Origin: Plasmodiophora brassicae
Taxonomy: Eukaryota
Direction: 5' to 3'
DNA: 64,000 nucleotides
Assembly: GCA_036867785.1 (NCBI GenBank)
Contig: CP145420.1
Span: 558,001-622,000 of the forward strand
Under the pieces are notes generated by a model. That model was given only the letters and a program-made list of their open reading frames with translations, did no database searches and was not told the DNA's origin. Positions 55,963-64,000 of the stretch are shown here, in pieces; the stretch's first letter is position 1; each line of letters starts with the position of its first letter. Position numbers and translations under genes: made by a program.

Positions 55963-58900
55963 CCCCCGGTGGCGCTCGATTGCCGCTCGACTCCGCTCGA
56001 ATGATCAATCGACAAGATTAATTCCTTTTTGGACCCCGGCAGCAAATCTTATTTTTCTGTGACTTCAGATCATTTTTGTTGGCGGATGCCTCGAGGAACA
56101 GGTGCCAAGAGCTCAGGCGGCAATGGCCGGCGAGGGCCGGATAAGATCAAGCGCAAGCGGTCGTGCTTCCGGAGGCCTTCTAAAAGCGCATCGGCAGCTG
56201 AGGTGTGCGATGCGAATTTGACTCCGCCTAGCTAGGCATCTTCTCATTATGTCTTTCAGAATCCAAATCCGTTTACCGCGCGAAATGTCAGTGCCGGCAA
56301 TGAGGAGTCATCGTCGTCGTCGCCGTCATCGTTGCCTCCACAACCATCGCCGTCACCTGCGTCATCGCCGTCACCATCGGATGCACGACATGTATGTATT
56401 TCACACGTCTACCGTACCTAATGATGCGCTGATTAACTTTCATCGCAGACGTTCGTCAAAGAGTACCTGCACACTCTGATAAAAGAGTTGAAAGAGCAGC
56501 TTCGTCAGGAGAAAGGCGCGCTGTACGATCACCTCAAACGAGGTATTCTACCGCTATCGTCGATGGCGTGAAACTATTTCTGATACGTACTGCTGTGGTC
56601 GTGGAAGGCCACACAACGATCGAACCTGTTAATCCGGTTATAGCCTGTTTCACTTCTGGGCTTAATCCAGAGCACTTCTGGAAACCGGCTCTTCGGTGCT
56701 GGCTTCCGAAGTTATGGTTCCCAGAACTGGACCTGAAATGCCCGAAGTGCCATCAGTTTGGAAAACACCATAAGCATGGTTACGCTTCGAAGTAAGTGAT
56801 ATTGCGGTGTCTCGTCACATCATCTCATACATATTATGTTCAGTCCCGAAGCGCGCTGTGTGGCAGGGCTCCGAAACGACTGGTATCTTTTTACGAGCGT
56901 GCTTCAGTGCGCTTTCTGCCGCCATCGATTCTACGCCACACATCCGGACGTGCTAGGCAATATGCATCAGGCGTTTAGCAACCCAATCCTGCTGCCGTTC
57001 GTCTTGTCCGAGTCGTCCGGTCTAGATTCCGATGTCGCATGGATGATGCCTATTATTTTCAATGATGGAGGAACGGCTGAGTCGTTACATCGGATGATGT
57101 CGGAAGGACACGCCGAGCAGCGTGACCTCTTGCATGCGGTGTACAATGCCGTGTGCGACTTCCGCCTGAAGAAGTCTGTGGGCCTGCCGGACCCGCCAAA
57201 GTTCGATCGGTCGCAGGTCGATGTCTCTGTGCCAGCTGCTTCCTCGTTGCTGTCGATCTACAAGCGTGAGACGCTGCGATATGAGAAGTATATGAATCTT
57301 CATATGTTGACGCTGTCGGCCGAGTCGGCCAAGCTGGACGCATCCCATAAGATGCCGAAGCTTATCTGCAACGTGAACGGCCAGCGCATATTCGATACAG
57401 CAGTCCAGGTACAGCCGGTAAGGCGTTGACGTACAAACTTCCACTAATGTCGTATGCTTTGATAGGTTACCAATGAGCGAAGTCAGATCGTCGCCTTTTA
57501 CCTATGTGCTGGTACAGGGCATGATCAGGTGGACTACTAAGCGTGTGCTATGACGTACTACCTTTTAACGATTGCCCTTGTAGATCGAGCGACCTCTGGC
57601 GCAATGGGTGCAATCTCGGAGCCTGCTCAATCAGAAGTTGCCGTCGTCAATAGGAACGGATAAAGTGAGGCCCCTTCACTGCATCCCCGGTCAAATCAGC
57701 TAACGTCGCTATAGTGCTGTGATGACGAGGCGTTCTTGACGCGACTTTTCAAATACGAACAGCATGTGGGTCGGCGCAGGCTTGAGCCGTTCACGTTGTC
57801 CGGTGGGCAAAGAACGTGCGTGATTGAATCGATCGGCAACGCCGATTCGATTGCCTTTGGAATGCTTCAAAGAGCGCACGAAGCTGGCCGACCACTGGCA
57901 GCTGGAGTTGACAGCGAGTGGGTTACTGTCAGGGGACAACGGCGGAAAGTGGCTACCGTTCAAGTGGCCCTTGAAGGCGATGATGCTGTGTATATTTTCA
58001 GACTTTCAAAGATGGGTGAGATGCCCCGAGGTCTGAAGGACTTCCTGGAGTCGACGAGCATCGTGAAAGTCGGCAAGTCGATTACAATCGACAAGCGACA
58101 CATATGCAACGATTACGGTCTCCGTGTCGACGGGACAGAATCCTGGATAGAGCTGGGGCAGTTCGCCTACCGTCGCGGCGCTGCTCCGAGTTCGTCGAGC
58201 TTGGCCAAGCTCGTCCAGACGATTTTGCAGCAAGAGCTCCCAAAGCCTGAGCTAATCCGTCAATCGAACTGGGAAGCGAACGAGCTTTCGTCCGAGCAGG
58301 TGCGCTATTGTGAAATGTGACAAACTTGTTCTAAATGTTTTCAGGTAATGTACGCCGCTCTGGACGCGCACGCTAGCTTGCAGGTCTACTTGCGCTTGGA
58401 GGCAACCCCAGATCCGACAGTTCGTCTCGCCATTCCGGGGTCATCTCGCGCTTGCAACGGCGCAGGTATTCCTGTTCCTGGCATGGCAGTCGAGCTGCTT
58501 GCACAAGGCACTCATGTCGTCGTTGCTCGAGGACGTATTTCGCAGTCGCAGCCCGCCATTTGGGAGCAGACGAAGGTGACGAAAGGCCGCATTGTTGTCG
58601 ACGTTGTAGAGGTAACTACTTCACGATGTAAGTAATAGCCCGGATATTGACCGTCATAGGTTCTGGCTTCTGCTGCCGAAGCCAAATATCCTAGGAACTC
58701 GAAGAGGACTCTGAGTTCCTTTGGATATTGTCCATTCTCCCTCTTAGTTGACATAACGTCGCTGCGCCCTACAATCCAACCACAAAGTACGTTTTCGTAT
58801 TCAGAAGATGGACATGGTCGTTATAATTATTTGTTTAGACCCACACAACAATGATGGAAGTTCCCTTGATGTGAGCTCCGTCTCGGTCGGGTCAGCCGAA

Positions 58901-61562
58901 GGTAGGCGTCGCTGGGCCCGTGCATTGCACTCTTTTGTGATATGCGTTAGAATCAGGTGGCGAACGAGTGAAACGTGTCCTGCAGGATATATTTCACATC
59001 ATGAAAAGGGTGAAGATCAGGAAGACCCATCCGTTTTACCCCGTATGGGTAATCGCACTAAGCGATGCGTTCTTCGTGTGGAACGAGGACGATGAACAGC
59101 GTGTCAGTTGCAGGCCGCATGTTTCTTTCTCCATTCTCACTATATTTCCTGTAGGTGATTAATAGTCTTATTAGCCGCGGCGAGAATCCGCTCTCCTGGA
59201 GGGTCCATCGCCGTGGCTATTTCCTTGACCGCGTTCGTCGAAGAATTCCTCCTCCAGGCCAGCTGGAAGAGCGTCTGAACCTTGTCTACAAGACGTGTTC
59301 TGGTCTGACAGACCACGACGGTAATTTTCTTCGTTATAAGTAATCAATGCGGGATCATTCATTGAGTTGCAGGCGTTCCCCTTTTCGACGATCGTGCACA
59401 CGCCGAATTTCGGAAAGTTCTGGAGCATGTCCGGAAGGGCTGCTGCAGTGATCCGGACGGGGACGAATACCCGTTTTACACGGCCGTCGGTGAGGATGGC
59501 CACGGACTCACGTTGTATCGGTGCCACCGTGGCACTAACTCCTGCGAGGCCAACCACAACGTCCTGAAAAGGAAGTTCGGGACGATGAACGCAGGCGTCG
59601 CATTGACGCATTGCTTGATGCTGTGGCACATACTGCGCACAAACATTCGCGCAGGAGAATCTTTCGGAGACGGCTCTCCGGTTCTGGGGCATTTCCGACC
59701 CTGGCTTGTATGTAACTGCTATTAGCGATTGCTGCGTTCTAAGTCTGTTTCCAGGTCGACTTCATTAACATGTATGCGACCAACGTATGGGGAGAGCCAC
59801 AGCTCCCTCAGTTTTCATCCGCTCTCGATTGGCAATGGGACGAGTTGCGTCCGTATTGCCAGATGTTGCACTTTGGAGGGGAATGCGACCCTGCACATGC
59901 GTAAATCCCACGATAGTACGTGCAAGTGCACACGCGTACTTTTTAATACTTGACGTCTTATAGGGGCGACCCAAACCCGCTTCTTTCCGACGACAAGCGG
60001 TACTTAGCCAAGTGCCAGGGCTCCACAGTTCCCTACCTTCCTGTGCACACTCCCGAAGAGGCCGATTTGTACCGGAAGGTACTGGCCGACTACGCAGATC
60101 GAAACCGTTCGACTGGAAAGGATTTCCAGGCGTTGGCGTCTCTATGGAACCAGCGGGCGTTGTCCCTTTGGCACCAGGTTAACCTCAACCGTCGGTGTAG
60201 TGAGCAAACCAATTCCTGGCATGATGAAGGATCGGACCAAGACGCGCACCCTAACGTTTTTCTCAAATTTGCTATTCATCTACGGAGGTTGTTGATTGTC
60301 TGACTTCTTGGGATACGCTATCTAACACGGTAACCAGGTATGATGAGCAGTTCCAAGCCGCAGTTATCGACCGCGAGTCCCGACGGGAAGCATCTTCAGA
60401 GACTTCCTCCCTGTTTGATGTTCTGCGCGGGCCGAATTGGCGACATCCGCAGGTACAGTCGTAGAGCTGGACACATTGCGTACTGTTAACTGAATTATTT
60501 TCCGCCGCTTGATCAGTACCGTGAATGTGAGACTGGCAGCGAAGAAGATCAAGACTGCAGGGTTCAGAATCACGTATATGGAACCTCGCAGAGAGTGGAG
60601 CCGGCTCACGGGGACAATCAGCCTGATAATGAATCGCAGGGGGAGAGAGACGCAGAGCGTGTTCAGGTGCGTGCTGGTTGCGCAAGGTTGCCACTACATT
60701 TATGAAGGTGTCGTGCAATGCAGAATACGGCGGCCAGCTCCGATGATTGTCACGATCCAGAAGAGTCTCCTGAGGGCCAATGTGGACCAGAACAGCCTCC
60801 AGAGGGTCAACATGCTCTAGGAAATCCTCCACAGGCTCCACAAGTTCTTCCAGAACGCCCACGTGAGCTGCAGGCGTCCCTGCAGCACAGTAACGTATGA
60901 TTTTAGCCCGCCATTTAACGAAAGCAACGCCCTGACTTGAACGCGTTTCTTCAGGTCGTACATCTACCGGCAATTGCGTTCGACAGCGCCACGCCTTCTG
61001 TGCTTTCAGCAGGACGACCAGCTAGCTCGGCGAAACGATCTAGCGCGTCGTATTCGGAACGGCGTTGCCACGCCCTTAAGTCACGAATGGTTAATCATGA
61101 CGACGACCTTCTTTGTGGCAAGTTAGGCTGCAGTGGACTACGAGGCCATCATCTGTGTAACAATACGGATGAGTCTACGTTTCTGGCACGCAAACGTTGT
61201 AAGGCGATCAAGGCGGCCCGTGACGTTGAAAAGAAAAGGCAGAAGCGCGCTGACAGCTAGCTGTTACTCCCATGCATTGTACTGGCAATACAAGATTGAA
61301 TTCGATCGGGATCTAGTAGGTAGATTTCCCAATAGTACTGGTACCGATCTCTCAGCGCATTATCGACATTGGGTGTCGCGCGCATTGAAGGCTGAGGGTG
61401 GCTGGGGTACTGCACGTGCAAGATGTAGGTCTATTTTGGTCTTTTGTATTCAAATATTTTGGCCGGCGCGCTGCGCGGCGGCCAGTGAAGTTCATTCGAG
61501 CGGCAGCCGGTTGGCCATCCGACCAACAGATTCCCAGATAGCGAGTCGAGCGCCAGCGCGGG
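55963..61562 (+). mobile_element. Putative extent of the Dada-like element
   Basis: Inverted motifs TGGCGCTCGA (55970) / TCGAGCGCCA (61546) and CCGCTCGAATGA (55993) / TCATTCGAGCGG (61492) bracket the gene. No TSD found, so ends are tentative. Confidence 0.5.
56086..61260 (+). CDS. Dada-like DDE transposase with inserted DEDDy 3'-5' exonuclease, many exons
   Basis: Zn-finger-like WLPKLW..KCPKC and LQCAFC; LDASHK; VTNERSQIV; GTDK|CC; exonuclease GVDSEW / IDKRHI / YAALDA; QDIFH (DxxH); YRCHRGTNSCEANH; YLPVHTPEE. Confidence 0.72.
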
Positions 61563-61947
61563 ACCTCCGACTAAAAGCGAACCCGACCTTTAGTCTCCAA
61601 AATTGCGCAACAATGACTGCGGGGCGCGAAAACAAGCTTTGCCACTGGACGGAAAGACGGCTGCGACTAGCGAACATAGGGCATCTCTGCGTTCAAAATG
61701 CTGACGATTCGTACAGTTCCTACGACTTTCTTTCCCTTCTCTTCTTCTGGGACTTTTAGTCTCCTCGAGAACCACAGGAGGCTAAAAGTTAGCCGCTGAT
61801 AGGGGTTCGGTACCTGGTTGCATCCGTTCCGTCCCGTGTCGGAAGTGGCGGCCGATAGTCGAAAAAGTGCGGTCCGAGGAGCTACACAAATGGGGCGGGG
61901 GTGGCCATAGAAGCGGTCGAAGATCGTCGGCCGGGTCGGCGGGTGCC

Positions 61948-63654
61948 ATGCAGCCGCTCGGGTCGCAGAAGCGCATCGGCGAGTATGTCGTTCTGGGGAA
62001 AATTGGTTCGGGGTCGTACGCGACAGTGTGGAAGGGGTCGCATGTGGTCACCGGTGATCCGGTGCGTGGGCCCGTGTGGGGGAACCGGTGTCGATGTCGA
62101 GGCTGACGATGGGGCAGGTCGCGATTAAAGGGTATAACCTGGAGCGACTACGCTTAAAACATATTGTTGAGAGTCTGGATTCGGAGATTGCCATTATGAA
62201 GATGTTCGACCACGTCAACATTGTGAAACTGATCAGCGTGCATCGCACATCGCGGTCATACTTGTGTCATTTTCGTGTACCTCGGCGTTGATCGTTTGCT
62301 TTCAGGCACATCTACCTCGTCATTGAGTACTGTGCGAACGGGGACCTCTCCAGTCATTTGCGACATGGACCGCTTTCTGAGAGTCGCGCACGACATCTGC
62401 TTCGGCAGCTCGCCCGCGGTCTCTCGTTTCTCCACGAGCGAAACATGTTACATCGCGATCTGAAGCCCCAGAACTTATTGTTGACCGATAACGCTACTGT
62501 ATTGAAAATCGCAGACTTTGGTTTCGCGCGATACATGCCATCGGAATCGCTGCAAGCGACAGTCTGCGGGACGCCGTTGTACATGGCGCCTGAAGTGCTG
62601 CGAAATGAAAAGTACGACATCAAGGCCGATTTATGGTCAACCGGTGCGCTCCTGTACGAGATGGTTGTTGGCGTCACACCGTATACCGGGCAGAACCAGG
62701 TGGACCTTCTGAGGAACATCGAGAACAAACCAGTGACGTTCCCCAGGTACACCATGGTTTTCGTATTGGATACCTTGTCGATGACGTTACGTGTTAGTTC
62801 TAGGGTGCTCTCCGAGGAATGCAAGTCGCTCATCCTCGGGTTGTTGCATAGAGATCCCGCAGTCCGTCTTTCCACTCAGGAGCTGTGCGCTCATCCCTTC
62901 CTATTTGGTGACAAGTCAAAAGAAGCTGTCCCGCGACCATCAACTGCGGGTCCTGTTGCTCTTGTAGACGACGCGACGTCATGTCAGTGCAATAATTGCC
63001 ACAACGTTCCTGTTGATTACCAATTCTTTGACCGCAGCAACGGAGTTCGGGGTGACAGCTCCTTTCGCGTTGTCTTCTAGCGGGGCGAAGAACATTGGTC
63101 AACGAACGGCAGTTAGCCGTCCTGCGACGCCTGTCCTGTCCGTTGACGTTGCCGAAACATGCAAGACTGCCCGCGTTATCTGTGAGATTGCCGACGGGTT
63201 TGACGATGACAAGGGCATTGCCCTTTCGCTATATTGCAAAGCAATTCGCTTGATGGTGTCGTCGCGCCTTGCAATTCGGAACATGGCTCAGCCAGCCGTT
63301 CAACTCGATGACGATCTCAGCCAGCGTATTGATGTGCTGTCCAAGCGCGTTGCGCTGCTCAGAGACGACCTGTGTCCCGACGCTGTTCCTCTTCGTGCCG
63401 AGCAAGTGCTATATGAGAAAGGGCTACAGATGGCTCGCGATGCATCGGTGGCGGAGCTGATGGGGGATTCTGCACGCAGCGCTTCCCTGTTTAGGAGGGC
63501 ACATCGTTTGTTTGCTCTGATGGGACAAGAATGCACGGTCGAAGAGGACGCACATGTTCTGCGGGATATCGCGATCGCTATCAGGTCTCGCATGTCTGGC
63601 CATCCGCCAGCTACAGGAACATTAGTCTCGTACCATTCAACAGCAAATGTTTAA
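61948..63654 (+). CDS. ATG1: ATG1/ULK serine/threonine kinase, multi-exon
   Basis: IGSGSYATVWKG, VAIK, EYCANGDL, HRDLKPQNLLL, LKIADFGFAR, TVCGTPLYMAPEV..YDIKADLWS and a C-terminal MIT/EAT-like AEQVLYEKGLQMARDASVAELMG. Confidence 0.88.
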
Positions 63655-63803
63655 TATTTAACGCTGAACGGTTAATATCCAGCAGGGACGCTTAATGCGT
63701 CGTTGAGTGGGAGCGTTCATTGTAGTTTTCATTGGCAATAGAGCTGGACATGATACTGTAATGACTAGGGTGGGTTGAATATCAGCTAACTCGAAAACAC
63801 GAG

Positions 63804-64000
63804 TCAGCGAATATCTTGCGCCGACTTGAGCCCCGTTTCGATCGCCTTGATGACGTTGTCTCTGTACCGCAAGACAACACGCGTGTAGTTGACGATCTCG
63901 GCCCGTGTCTTGTTCTCGAGCAACTCTTCGATGGGCTTCTCACTCAGGCCGTGCAGCAGCTCAGTGAACTTTTCCAGGCGCTCCTGGTGCTGTTCGAAAA
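63804..64000 (-). CDS. 3' end of an Ariadne-like RBR E3 ligase (partial)
   Basis: FEQHQERLEKFTELLHGLSE..RAEIVNYTRVV..IETGL then stop; runs off the window. Confidence 0.55.
   Translation of the reverse strand, partial: FEQHQERLEKFTELLHGLSEKPIEELLENKTRAEIVNYTRVVLRYRDNVIKAIETGLKSAQDIR

Noticed and set aside
55963-55976. CCCCCGGTGGCGC as a tRNA 5' half targeted by the Dada-like element
   Set aside because: No matching 3' half, B box or TSD found at the right end.
61605-61617. GCGCAACAATGAC resembling the U6 snRNA target region
   Set aside because: Too short, and no other U6 sequence on either flank.

Overview
Gene-dense, GC-rich eukaryotic DNA with ~50-60 bp GT-AG introns and very short intergenic spaces. 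This style and the secreted ankyrin/kinase genes fit a phytomyxid such as Plasmodiophora (inference, not verified). Positions 1-45.9 kb hold housekeeping genes (UTP14, RPB2, NBP35, RPF2, V-ATPase E, RPS28, organellar TyrRS), regulators (YY1-like C2H2, CCCH, bZIP, Zn2Cys6-PAS, broken MADS box), signal-peptide effector-like genes, a PPR protein with 37-38 aa repeats, a surface protein with exact 600-bp repeats and a foldback Ty3/gypsy remnant. Positions 45.9-61.8 kb are a transposon nest whose inner boundaries can be read from target-site duplications (TSDs). Four copies of the 22-bp palindrome CTAGTACACTATAGTGTACTAG form its scaffold. An apparently intact Sola1 element lies between copies 3 and 4. 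Copy 4 was hit by both a hAT element (TSD CTAGTACA) and a pogo-like element (TSD TA) carrying a passenger gene. The hAT contains a miniature LTR element (92-bp LTRs, TSD AGAAT) with a self-priming-type PBS and a 147-bp satellite. A multi-exon Dada-like transposase with an inserted DEDDy 3'-5' exonuclease follows. The window ends with ATG1 and the 3' end of an Ariadne-like gene. Exon boundaries were read by eye and family calls come from motif recognition; no searches were run.
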